64,000 bases of DNA from the NCBI RefSeq assembly GCF_009914755.1, contig NC_060937.1; one strand, given 5' to 3'. The stretch's first letter is position 1, and every line of letters starts with the position of its first letter. A model generated the notes under the pieces. The model had not been told where the DNA came from, made no database searches, and was given only the letters and a program-made list of their open reading frames with translations. This stretch comes from the human T2T-CHM13v2.0 reference genome, Homo sapiens. Position numbers and translations under genes: made by a program. This document shows positions 1 to 12,795 of this stretch, one piece after another.

Positions 1-324
1 GGAGAATATATGGGGAAAATGTTCACCAAAATGACTGTATGTTTGTGGAATTATACTTTATTTGCTATGTTTCTTACTATCATAAAACCATGTGGACATA
101 ATCCATTGAGCATTCATATTTTATAATCATTGTATATTAGCCTTTTTTCTGTTAACTTAAAAATACTTTTAAGCATAGGGCTTAGAATCCTTTTTTATGA
201 ATTTAATATCCTTTTTGAAAGCAGAGTGTTAGTATAAATACAGAATTTTTTTTAATTTAAAGTGGCTTCTACATGATATTTTTAATAATTGGCTAATCAA
301 AAGCAATCAATAGGGAAGGTTTTG

Positions 325-535
325 AGCCTTACAGTTCAAAAGATTGACTGGAATTTAAATTCAGCCATCTCATTTATTAGTTATGAGACAATGGATACAT
401 CATTTAAGTTCTCAGATTCCCAGTTTCCTCATCTATTGAAAATTAGATAAAAATATAGAGCTTATAATATTCTTGGGAATATAATAAATGTAAAGTACTG
501 GGAGCAGGTAGTTACTCAATATTAGCTATTAATAT
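325..535 (+). mobile_element. MIR fragment (diverged)
   Basis: MIR-like motifs 'aaattcagccatctcatttattagttatgagac', 'cagtttcctcatctattgaaaa' and a 3' 'gtagttactcaatattagctatt'. Confidence 0.6.
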
Positions 536-1540
536 TGCTTATGCTACTTTATATATACAACAGTGAGCACCTAAGTATATGATGAAACATTCTTATATTA
601 AACTTCTATCCCTAGTATTCTTTATTTTTATCACTCTTCTTAAGAGAGCTTATATTATGCTGCAAAATTTCTATCCAAAAAACACCAGAGATGTAAAGAA
701 TCTTATAACTACTAGAGAGCAAAATATTTTCCAGTAACAACTATAATTTTGGTGAAATATTTCAAGCTTAAGAAAAAGATGTATTAATTATTAGAAGCTG
801 AATGTGTGTGTACATATATATATAATATATATAGTGTTTCAACACAAGATATATGTTGCTATCTTCTTTTATGGATGAAGAAACTGAAAAAATACAAAAT
901 TCCCTTTACCTAATATTAATATGATTATTTCATGATATTCATCACTGGTAATTGTCTTAACACTGATAATTACATTGAACCTTTTCTTTTAAAAGATTGA
1001 AAATTTATTGTAGTTTCATTGAACATTATTTTAGCACAGGCATATTTGGGTCAAAAATAAATCATGCCTATTAAAAATTTTTCCTCAAATTTGTTTACAA
1101 ATATAATTTTAATTCAGTAAAAAAATTGTTAAAACTGTAAATACCAAGATATTAAGAATGCTGATTTCAATTATTAATTCACAGCCTCTTGAGTCTCGTA
1201 TTGACCAAAGAGAAAAACAAGTGGAAAGAGATATTCTTGCTTGCTATTTTAAAAGGAAATTCTAATTGGCACATGGCCCAAAACCGCTGGATTAACAATT
1301 CTGCTATTAAGGCCCTTGTGGTCCTATATTAAGCACCTTCCTGTGCACCAGGTATATGATTGTCAAAGATTTTGTAATCATGAAGGGAATAAGTAGTAAA
1401 AATGTTTTACGCATAATACTCCCATTCAGCTTCCATAATAATGCTATTTTTCCTATGCTTAAAATGTTACACCAAATCCTAATAGTTGCTACTTGGAAAA
1501 AGTTTTGCTCACTGGCAGTCAATTTCAAGTTTGATTCATT

Positions 1541-1816
1541 CCTCCCTCCCTCCCTCCCTCCCTTTCTTCCTTCCTACCTGTCTGCCTGCCTAACCTGCCT
1601 TCCTGCCTGCCTAACCTGCCTTCCTGCCTGCCTAACCTGCCTTCCTGCCTGCCTGTCTGCCTTCTTTCCATCTGCCTACCTTCTTCACCTTTCTTTCTTT
1701 CTCTTTCTCTCCTTCCTTCCTTCCTTTCTTTCTCTTTCTTTCTCTCTCTCTCTCTCTCTTTTCCTTCTCTTTCTCTCCTTCTTTCCTTCTTCCTTTCTTC
1801 CTTTCTTTCTTTTCCT
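1541..1816. repeat. Pyrimidine-rich compound simple repeat (CCT/CTTC/CT) containing about 3 copies of a 21-bp unit
   Basis: CCTGCCTGCCTAACCTGCCTT repeated about 3 times at ~1582-1650, flanked by CCCT and CTTT tracts; this explains the low-complexity ORFs here. Confidence 0.9.
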
Positions 1817-1898
1817 TGGTTACAAAGTTTTTGACCCAAAATATCTTCACAAGCCTAGCTAAAGTAAGTAGTAAAGTATAATTAAATATATTTTAAAA

Positions 1899-2101
1899 TT
1901 TTTATTTATTTTCCTGTAAGTTATTGGGTTACACACAGTATTTGTTTATGTGAGGAAGTTGTTTAGTGGTGATTTGTGAGATTTTGCTGCACCCACCACC
2001 CAAACAGTAAACGTTGCACCAAATTTGTAGTCTTTTATACCTCACCCCCTTCCCACTCTTCCCCCTAAGTACCCAAAGTCCATTGTATAATTCTCATGCC
2101 T
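1899..2101 (-). mobile_element. L1PB/L1MA-type 3' end fragment
   Basis: T-rich tail, then 'gttattggg...tttagtggtgatttgtgagattttgctgcacccaccaccc...aaagtccattgtataattctcatgcct', typical of an antisense L1PB 3'UTR. Confidence 0.75.
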
Positions 2102-2799
2102 CTAAAATTGCTTATGGATTGAGCCTCTTCTTTCAATATTTTCTTACGTGCAGAACTTTCAGGATAAGCATAATAACTATGAGAGTTTTTTAATGGAAGA
2201 AAAGGCAGTGCCAAAATATATAACGTGACAACCTATAAAACATGGGAATAAAAATCCCTAACATTACCATACAATAAATTGTATGAGAAATGGATAGTAC
2301 TAAACTAGACAGCTAAGGAAAAACTGAACAAAAAAAAATCCTGGAAGGATTAGCCACCATTCCAACCAAATCTTATTGGGCCAGTAAGATTCTAATATTT
2401 AAATAACAAAGAATAGACACTGATAAATCACTATGTCAAACACGCAAATTAATGTACTCTGATGATACTAAGGAAGAAATTATTTGCATAAAAATGTACC
2501 TGATTTGTCTAGAAGCAACCCATTTTCTATTCTTATTTCACTGCCTAGGGCACTGTTGGAGCCTGAGGGGATTAAAAAGTATGTGCAAGAAACAGAGCAA
2601 CTGAATACCATAAAATAGAACAAGGCAGAGTACTACATCTAGGTATGCAATGTTGTTTCCATGAGCAGTAACATACATAACAAGGACTAATCTTATGACC
2701 AAGTGACCACAGTGTAGTTGTTACAGAAGAGAAAATAAAGTTTAGGAAATAATTAGGAATAGGTTTATTTAGTTCCATCATTTTTCTTTGGATTAAACT

Positions 2800-3230
2800 T
2801 TATTTTGTCCTATAAAGGCCAAGTGGTAACCTCATGACCTGACATTTATGACTCCGATGGCAACCATCACAGGCACCAACTTGTCCCAACGCCATCCTAA
2901 ATCCATGGCTAATCATTTTCAGGCTCGTCATTCTGTAGTATCCAAAATGAGGATAGATCTCCAAAAGAGCAAACCACTCTCCCTCCATCAGACAATCTGT
3001 GTAATTCCTCACACCCATGAGTGCAAATTGTTCATCTGGAACTGTTCATTTTCCTATTTCCTGACAGGAGCATTAGGAATTGAATCAGTGATGATTGTGG
3101 GGACTGACTGTTCACCAGTACCAACTCTTTTCACTGGTTGGTAAGAGAGATCACTACCATTGGCCAACTCATATGATGTAATGGAACAGAGATGGACACT
3201 CAAGGCATTATAACTCTCAGAATTCCTAAA
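2800..3230 (-). mobile_element. Possible ancient LINE (RTE/L4-like) endonuclease remnant
   Basis: Minus-strand translation across a frameshift gives 'PTIITDSIPNAPVRK*ENEQ...GVRNYTDCLME', loosely resembling the RTE endonuclease motif 'IIMGDFNAKVG...GVRNENGERLVEF'; many stops. Confidence 0.25.
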
Positions 3231-3400
3231 GTAATTCCGACAGCAATAAAAACTAGAATCAAATTTAACCATAAGCAAAGGAAGCATGAAGAAAAGTGGA
3301 TGTATCCTACTATTTAACCAAAATATTAATAATAGAGATTATTGCTGTACAACCTCTGGTGTACAGTTGATACTCAAATATTTGTTGAATGTGTAAATGA

Positions 3401-3530
3401 AGGAGATGAGAGGAAGGAGGGAAGAGAGAAAGGGTGGGAGGGAGGAAGGGAAGAAGGAAGGGAGGAAAGGAGGAAGGAAGAAAAGGAAGAAAGGAAGGAA
3501 GGAAAGAAGGAAGGAAGGAGAGGAGGAAAC
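3401..3530. repeat. (GGAA)n-like purine tract
   Basis: Direct reading: ggaaggaagg/gaagg repeats. Confidence 0.9.
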
Positions 3531-4629
3531 AGGTATCAAGATAAACATAAACAGTATTTATCTGGATTTTATTGTACATATAAATAAAAATCTGAAAGAA
3601 AAAATATATCGTTTGATAATGTATTTATTTCATGGTGACTAGGCATTACTCAGTATGATTTGCATATTATTCTATTCTTTATCAAATATAACAGGTTAAC
3701 CATTATTGTCAACCATGCTGTACTATATACTATATGACAAATGGTCCTTCGAGTATTCTTATAGAAGAACAATAATTAGTGCTTTATTATGCACAATATA
3801 GTAAAATTCAGGTTCAAAAATAACCTAGGCTTTTTAGATAATTGGTCTAAATAAAAAAAATCAGAGGTCAAGTTGAAAAATAGTAAAGATAACTACCAAA
3901 GCACAGGCTTTAAAATACCAGCAAGAAAGAGTACAGCAAGTGACACACAAACTACCAGCAGCTTAGTCCTAATTGGTAAAACAGTCACATTAATGTGTAA
4001 ATGTAGCACTGAAGTAAAACATACAAATGCCACTACATTTTAGCTTATCCACTGGGGACAGGAAAAAGTAGACACCAAGGCTATTAGCATCTGAAAAGTC
4101 AACACGTAATATTTTATGGAGGTACTTAACGCTCTTTTTAGTTAATAAAAATTTTTAAAAGATGGGATATGAAGAAAGTAGTTCCCTCCAAATAAATGGG
4201 CCTGTTCAGAATGGATTCAATGACTACTCTCAGAGTAATTACAAATAATCACCATGGAAATTTAAGCTCCAGCAACTGCAGCTTAATTTTTTATTTTCCC
4301 CTTATAATTTTCTTTAGCAGAAATTTATTAAGCTATTATTAATTAATGTTGAAGTTTATGAGAAAAATGTACAGTATCTAATGCTATATTCTAAAGTATC
4401 CTTAGATATTAATGTAAAAGCTATTAAATGTCTATGCCATTATTGTAAAGGGTTATAATTTTATCAGAATAAATACTTATCAAATTAGTATAATAATAGA
4501 AGCCTTTTATTCACCCATACCTGGAACAATCTTGGTTTGATGCACACACACAAAAAACTTAACGTTTATCTCTCTGGTTACAAAACTCCAAATGTCCATT
4601 ATTGGGCTCCTAATAAAATATCCGGCTTC

Positions 4630-5907
4630 CAATGAGGAAAGGACTTCTCATTCGATAAATGGTGCTGGGATAACTAGCTAGCCATATGCAAAGATTGAAA
4701 CTGGACTTCTTCTTTACACCATATTCTAAAATCAACTCAAGATATATTAAAGACTTAAATGTAAAACCTAAAACTAGAAAACCCTTGGAAGATAATCTAG
4801 GAAATACCATTCTGGACATAGGACCTGGCAGAGATTTCATGACAGGGACACCAAAAGCAATTAAAACAAAAACAAAAATTAACAAATGAAACCAAATTAA
4901 AATAAAGAGATTTTACATAGCAGAAGAAACTACGAACAGAGTAGACAGACAACCTACAGTATGGGAGAAAATATTTGCAATCTACACATCCCACAAAGGT
5001 CTAATATCCAGAATCTATAAGTAACTTAAACAAATCAGCAAGTAAAACGAACAAAAACACAAATAATCTCATTCAAAAGTGGGCAAAGGACCTAAACAGA
5101 CAATTTTCAAAAGAAGAGATACACACAGCCAACAAGCATATGAAAAAACATGCTCAACATCACCAATCAATAGAAAAATACAAATCAAAACCACAATGAG
5201 ATACCATCTCGCACCAGTCAGAATGACTGTTATTAAAAAGTCAAAAAAATAACAGATGCTGGAGAGTTTGTGAAGAAAAGAGATTGCTATACACTGCTGG
5301 TGGAAATGTAAATTAGTTCAACCATTGTGGAAAGCAGTTCAGCAATTTCTCAAAGAATTCGAGAAATCCCATTATTCAACCCAACAATCCCGTTATTGGG
5401 TATACACCCAAAGGAATATAAACTGACCTCCCATAAAGACACACGCACAGGTAGATTCATTGCAGAACTATTCACAACAGTGAAGACATGGAGTCAACCT
5501 AAATGCCCATCAAGAGTAGACTGAGTAAAGAAAATGTGGTACATATATACCATGTAATACTACACAGCCATAAAGAGAACAAGACCGTGTCCTTTGCAGG
5601 ATACTGTAGGCCAGTATCCTAAGTGAACTAACATAGTTACAGAAAACAAAATACCACATGTTCTCACTTATAAGTGGGAGCTAAACATGGACTACATATG
5701 GACACAAAGAAGAGAAAAATAGACACCAGGGCCTACTTGAGGCTGGAGGGACAGAGAAGGGTGAGGATCGAAAAAAACTACCTATCAAGTACTGTGCTTA
5801 TTATGTGGGTGGTGAAATAATCTGTACATCAAACCCCTGTGATATGTAATTTAGCTATATAACAAACCTGTACATGCACCCCGAACCTAACATGAAAGTT
5901 AAAAAAA
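4630..5907 (+). mobile_element. 5'-truncated L1 (older L1PA/L1PB): ORF2 C-terminus plus 3'UTR, inactive
   Basis: ORF fragments '[26 protein letters not shown]' and 'IPLLGIHPKE...KTWSQPKCPS' match L1 ORF2; 3'UTR and short A tail; degenerate target-site duplication (TSD) AAAATATCCGGCTTC (4615-4629) / AAAATAACCAGCTTC (5904-5918). Confidence 0.95.
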
Positions 5908-6064
5908 TAACCAGCTTCAAATGCACTAGATCTATAAATTGAACTCTTAAATTAAATTAAGAACAAATATTACATTGGGCTTGTCCTCCTAATGTTATAA
6001 CATAACTCTCTCTAATACAAATGCAGTTACTTTCCATGACATTATTTCAAAGTTTAGGCAAAAG

Positions 6065-6200
6065 TTCATTGAGTGCCACTAGGCATTATGACAGGTGCTT
6101 TACATAAATCATTCATGTAAACAAAGCAATTCTAAGCAATTGTAATTCCATCTTACAAACTGGAAAATTAAGGTGTGAAGAAATTAACTATTCCAAATAC
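6065..6200 (-). mobile_element. MIR fragment
   Basis: 'cattgagtgccactaggcatt...ccatcttacaaactggaaaattaaggtgtgaagaaattaact'. Confidence 0.5.
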
Positions 6201-6618
6201 ATATAAATGTTAAATGTGCAGAATGGAACATAAATAACTGCACACTATTTCCAGGACACTGTGATCTGGCCCTAGATTAGATGGCACAGGTGTTTATGAA
6301 ACAAACACACTAAAGCTAAACCTGTCCTAGATCAGTAGGATTATGATCAATTGATAATATAGCCCAGGTAGAACCCAAGTGCATGAATATGGGTACGCAC
6401 ACAAGTGGCTTTTTCTCTCTCTCTCCACCTCCCCCCACACACACTCACACTCACCATTCACAGTCACAATACTTTAAATTTATTCCTTTTTTCTTATCTA
6501 AGTTAGCATTAATGTTCTCTTCCTACCCTCTCCAGGCTTGTGCACATCCTGAAGACAGCAGGAGGATAAATTCCTCTTTTGGTATTTCAAAAATTAGGTG
6601 TAATATCACAAATATTTT

Positions 6619-6773
6619 GGGTCGGGTGTGGTTTCTCACACCTCTAATCTCAGCACTTTGGGAGGCCAAGGCAGGTGGATCACGAGGTCAAGAGTTCGAG
6701 ACCAGTGTGACAACATGGTAAAATCCCGTCTCTACTAAAAATACAAAAAGTAGCCGGGCGCAGTGGCATGCAC
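6619..6773 (+). mobile_element. AluS, left monomer plus start of right monomer; no poly(A)
   Basis: Alu left arm, central linker AAAAATACAAAAA and 'agccgggcgcagtggcatgcac', then an abrupt end. Confidence 0.92.
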
Positions 6774-6904
6774 AATATTTTAAATCCCCGTGGATTGAAA
6801 TTATGTTAAAAGACACAAGTTTTTGTAAAACAAGGTTTTTTTTTTGGTAAGTGGTGGTGTGTTGATGGTATTGCATGTTTAAAGGATAAAGTGAGCTGAC
6901 TATA

Positions 6905-7212
6905 AGTCAGCCCTCCTTATCCACCAGAGGGTTCTGCATCCTTGAATTCAACCAACCAACTGTAGATTGAAAATATTTAAAAAAAAAAACACCATTAAAA
7001 AATACAATAAAAAATAAAAATTTAAAAAGCAATATAGCAAACAACTATTTGCATAGCATGTACATTGTATTAGGTATTATAATTAATCTAGAGATGACAA
7101 AGTATATGGGAAGATGTGTAAGAGTTATATTCAAATACTATGCTATTTTATATAAGGGCCTTGAGAATCCTCAGATTTTGGTATTGCCTGGGGTCCTGAC
7201 CCCATTCCACAA
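6905..7212 (+). mobile_element. MER2/Tigger3-like DNA transposon fossil (TcMar-Tigger)
   Basis: 'agtcagccctccttatcc...aattcaaccaacc...gaaaatattt', 'acattgtattaggtattataattaatctagagatga', 'agattttggtattg...ggggtcctg'. Confidence 0.8.
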
Positions 7213-7587
7213 GAGCTGCATAACATATTAATGAGGTCACAAAATTTTGGAATTTTATTAACTCCTTTAAGAGAAAGCAGTGTGCAGAAGACATACTGTA
7301 AAGGATACTATTTTATTTAGAAATTTTAATTTTTATAAAATGTGTTCCCTCTCATTCTCTTTCTGTTTGATACATATTACTGAACTTGTTTCTCTAATGA
7401 ACCCTTCACAATATTCTACAGCATGTCTTACAATACTCATAGATAGAAACTACATGAGCATATAAATACCTTAGCATTTTCTATTTTTGATGATAATTTT
7501 TATAAAATATCATTGTAATATTTACTACTTAGACTTTCTTAGTAAAATCACCTTAGTAATTTCATACTAATGATATTATGCACTTAA

Positions 7588-7906
<319 letters not shown>

Positions 7907-8629
7907 TGATTTTTATTTTTATATAGATAAATATTTGATCCCAAGAATTATTTTTAAGATTCTAAAGAACTATCACACTAGGGGCCAAAATAAGTACATA
8001 CAAATAAATCACTGATGCTGATTCTAAAATATACAGACTTTCCCCTCAACGGACAGTTTTAATTGGCTTTCTTCATTAATAACACTTTCATTTTAGGACA
8101 AATTTTTTATCGAGGTTTGAATTCTTGACTGGTTTCAGCATATTGATTAAATTTAAGTGTATAATTACGTTCCTTTCTCCTAGCCATGGGCAGATTCACT
8201 AGCTTGGGCAAATGAGAAAACATATATTTTAATTAAAATGTGTAAAAAAATAAGAAGGACTAAAAATTCCATTTTATATTTGTATTGCTGTTTTTAAGTG
8301 GTGTTTAAGTTATTCTGTTTATTTTTTCAATTCAAAACATTTTGATAAGGTTTTTCAGGAGAGAAGGATTTACTTCAAATCCAAATTTAATTAGTATTTA
8401 ACTTTTTGTTTTTAGAAAAAGTGTTTATACAGAATAAACACAGAAAATGACATCTTAAACTCATGCTGTGACATAGTATCTGCAGAAAAGAACATGAAAA
8501 AAATTAAACTCAAGAATATATAAAATCAATAGACTAATTAATAACATTGTAGTCTCCTTCCACACTGTAAATCCTGGTCAAGCCAGAAATATAAGACAAA
8601 TCAGTATTTTCTGTCAAAAAGGTGTGATG

Positions 8630-8969
<340 letters not shown>

Positions 8970-9594
8970 TTATTTCAAATGAAAATCCAAAAGGTTTAAT
9001 TTAAACTTAAAATGGGTGTCAATATGCATGATGACAACAAAATAACCTACAAAGAAGGGGTTCATGAGGGTAGCCAAAACCAACAGATATATTCCAGCTC
9101 ATCAGGTCCTCCAACTGAGCATAGGAAAGATAAAATGCTTGACTGTGAAAATCATATTCTAAATACAGAAAAGAGAAAGCACGAGAACCATTGGTTTGCC
9201 AAATTTAATCAGGTGCCCAAATCTTAACAGGATGCCCACTCAAGCTTTATTACTTATGTACCCCATTGTAAAACTTTCCACTTGCTTCCTCCCAAAGTAA
9301 TTGATGAGGAGAAAAAAAAAAAAACCTTTCAAAAGGTATTTTTGCTTGACTCTTTATTTACTAAAATGAATAACCTTGGAAGGACCTTAGAGAAGGGCTT
9401 GGGATTTGATTACCTCCTCATCTGTAGTCCAGATGAGTTGGGGATAATGACTTTTACTACGATAAAAAATATGATATCTTTATTATTGGAAATGATTCAA
9501 TGAAAGGACGACACTTCTCATTGGACTTGCAGGGAGTCCCTTAAAAATAGTTAATTAGGGAGAGTATCTGTTGTAACTTTTGAAATATGCTTTT

Positions 9595-9907
9595 GACCAG
9601 GCATAGTGGCTCACTCCTGTAATCCCAGCTCTTGGGGAAGCTTAGGCGAGAGGACTGCTGGAGGTCAGGAGTTAGACACCAGTCTGGGCAACAGAGTGAG
9701 ACTCCCATCTTTACAAAAATGAAAATTAAAAAATTAGCAGTGCATGGTGGCACCTGCCTCTGGTCCCAGCTACTCAGGAGGCTGAGGTGGGAGGATGACT
9801 TGAGCCCAGGAAGCCCATGCTACAGTGAGCAGTGATAATGCCACTGCACTCCAGCCTAGGAGACAGAGCAAGACTCTCTTTCAAAAATAAATTAAAAATA
9901 AATAAAT
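9595..9907 (+). mobile_element. AluJ
   Basis: Diverged dimer with 'gaggctgaggtgggaggatgacttgagcccagg' and an A-rich tail. Confidence 0.92.
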
Positions 9908-10356
9908 AGGTTTTACAATAATCTCTTTATTCTAATTTATTAGAAAGGGTAACCATGATGTTCAATAGAAAAGATAATTATGGGTACTTTAAACAAAAGA
10001 ATGCTTACCTGTTACTCTTCATTGGAAGTAATTTTTAAGATAAGTATGATATAATGAATAATCAATAAATTTTTATATTGAATTTGTTCCATACATTCCA
10101 TATATTAGGATACAAATATATCCTAAATATTTTGTAAATATTTAGGTTAAAATGCTTATCTGACTTTTCAATGACAAATTTAGTCATCAAAAAAAACACA
10201 AACATAAGCCATATTATACACTATGCACTGTATTAAATACTACTGCAAGATAAAAGCAGGTTTTGGTTTAACTTATTATTTCTCCTACTCCTAGAAGGAT
10301 ATTTTTAGTCGATACCCCTAGATTTCTATCTTCTGTTTAACTTATTGAGTATTAAA

Positions 10357-10990
10357 AGAAAAAGTAACACTTATACACTGTTGGTGGGAATATAAATTAG
10401 TTCAACCATTGTGGAAGACAGTGTGGTAATTGCTCAGAGTCCTAAAGACAGAAATGCCATTCGACCCAGCAATCCTATTACTGGGTATATATCCAATGGA
10501 ATGCAAATCATTCTCTTATAAAGACGGATGCATGTGTGCATTTGTTGCAGCACTATTCACAATAGCAAAGACATGGAATCAACCTAAATGCCCATCAATG
10601 ATAAACTAGATAAAGAAAATGTGGTACATATACACCATGGAATACTATGCAGCCATAAAAAAGAATGGGATCATTTCCTTTACAGGGACATGGATGGAGC
10701 TGGAGGCCATTATCTTTAGCAAACTAACAGAGGGACAGAAAACTAAATACTTCATGTTTTCACATATAAGTACGAGCTAAATTATGACAACACATAGAGG
10801 GGAGCAACACACTAGGGCCTGTTTGAGGGTGGAGGGTGGGAGGAGGAAAATGATTACGAAAAATAACTAATGGGTATTAGGCTTAATACCTAGGTGATGA
10901 AATAATCTGTACAATGAACCTCCATGACACAATGTTTACCTCTGTAACAAACCTGCTCATGTTCCCCTGAACTTAAAATTTAAAAAAAAT
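10357..10990 (+). mobile_element. L1PA (older) 3' fragment
   Basis: 'acacttatacactgttggtgggaat...gacatggaatcaacctaaatgcccatcaatg...aaataatctgtacaa...cctgaacttaaaa'. Confidence 0.93.
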
Positions 10991-12113
10991 TTAAAAAGAT
11001 TCCCTCCTTTGACAAAATTATTCTATTCATAAGCTTCGAATACCAAGTTCTGATTATAGAGCAGATTCAAATTGCACCAAATTTCTAGTTATTTACATTT
11101 TGTAAATGTTTTATATCACTAATGACTTTGAATTCTCTATTATACAGTTATAAGTTAAAGGTGGAAATGTTGATCTCCATTTTTATGTTCAGCTGAAAGC
11201 AGTATTTTACACTAGATAAATAAGTACGATTATGTTTTCTCACTCAGATCCTTCTTAGACCTGTGGGTTAGGAAAAAAAATGAAGATACTTCAGAGGATC
11301 AGAAAGAAATAGGCAACAAGAGGAAAATTGAATCATGGAAATATAGTAGCTATTTCTTTTTGAACCTTACAGAGTAATAGGGTTTATATAAACATAAGCT
11401 AAATGGACCATTTTATATCCCTCTGAGACATTCTGGGAAGCCAAACTCATAAGAGTCATACTTCACTAGCAATGGTACAACATATCTCCTACCAAGTACT
11501 TAGTCAGTATTCATAGAAAAAGTCAGTATTTTAAATGGTATTCTTAAGAGAGTAAGCCAGACCATTTATTTTCTGGAAGAAATAAATTTGGAGTGGTAAA
11601 TGATGCAGGAACTTTTTTTTATTAAGTCATCCTAATTTCAAAGTAGTTCTACAAATTCTGTGTCCAGAATCCCCAACTTAAGAATAAAAATACCTATTAA
11701 TTGTTTCATACGAAATCATTATTCTTATGCAAGGATTCCTGTGGTTCATTCAATTCCCCATGTGCCTTCATACCATAACTGGAAATAATTAGCAACATGT
11801 CTGGAAGATTTAGCTAAGAAACATGTTAATTTTGCCTGGAGACAGTTCTTTTATCCTGCACATTCATTTTCACAAATTTCTTACTGAGTTTCTCAATGTG
11901 ATTTTTATGTCAACTGACTACTCTGTAAAATAGCTGTCTATATGAACATTGCTTTTGTAAAATGTTGAGAGCTGTTTCTTTTATTATTGAATTTGATGCC
12001 TCAACCTATATCAGGATTTTTAACACATTGGTACACATCAGCATGATTCAGCTCAGTAGTCCCTTGACTTTCCATTCTTCAAGAGTTACAACTATATAAT
12101 AAGGTTGACCCAT

Positions 12114-12148
12114 CACACACGCGCACACACACACACACACACACACAC
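12114..12148. repeat. (CA)n microsatellite
   Basis: Direct reading. Confidence 0.95.
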
Positions 12149-12483
12149 TCATATATAGACATAACTACTAAGATTTTCCACTTATATATACATTCATATA
12201 AGATTTAATTGTTTCATGTATTTATTTGTTCTTGGCATGCAGATGTCAATGTTTACCATGCTCTCACATTTATATATAATTACTAGTAAATCAGACATCT
12301 CTCATTAAGTTAAATGAAAGTTAAAATGAACACGTTTTATGGATTACCAATATTGATACCAAAGTATGAAGAAAATACGTTCAGTTTGTGACATGTTCAA
12401 AGTCATTATAAAAGATGTTTCCATGATGTAGTGCTAGAGCTATACTAAACAATAGACTCGTCTGAATTTGTGATGTCCTGGAA

Positions 12484-12795
12484 TTTTTTTTTTTTTTTTT
12501 TTTTTGAGACGGAGTCTTGCTCTGTCACCTAGGCTGGAGGGAGTCTTGCTCTGTCACCTAGGCTGGAGGGCAGTGGTGCTATCTTGGCTTACTGCAGCCT
12601 CTCCTCCTGGGTTCAAGGGATTATCTGGCCTCAGGCTCCCAAGTAGCTGGGATTACAAGCATGCGCCACTACGCCTGGCTAATTTTTGTATTTTTAGTAG
12701 AGATGAGGTTTCACCATGTTGGCCCCTGACCTAAAGTGATCCGCCTGCCTCCACCTCCCAGTGCTGGGATTACAGGTGTGAGCCACTGCACTCGG
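12484..12795 (-). mobile_element. AluS with an internal 29-bp tandem duplication
   Basis: Poly(T) then Alu body; GGAGTCTTGCTCTGTCACCTAGGCTGGAG at both 12511-12539 and 12540-12568. Confidence 0.95.

Noticed and set aside
1307-1862. ORFs of 72-168 aa with LPACLT or RQEGRLG repeats
   Set aside because: They are translations of a simple repeat with no stop codons, not a gene
3310-3642. Four overlapping ORFs rich in E/K/R/G or L/P/S/F
   Set aside because: Artefact of the GGAA tract
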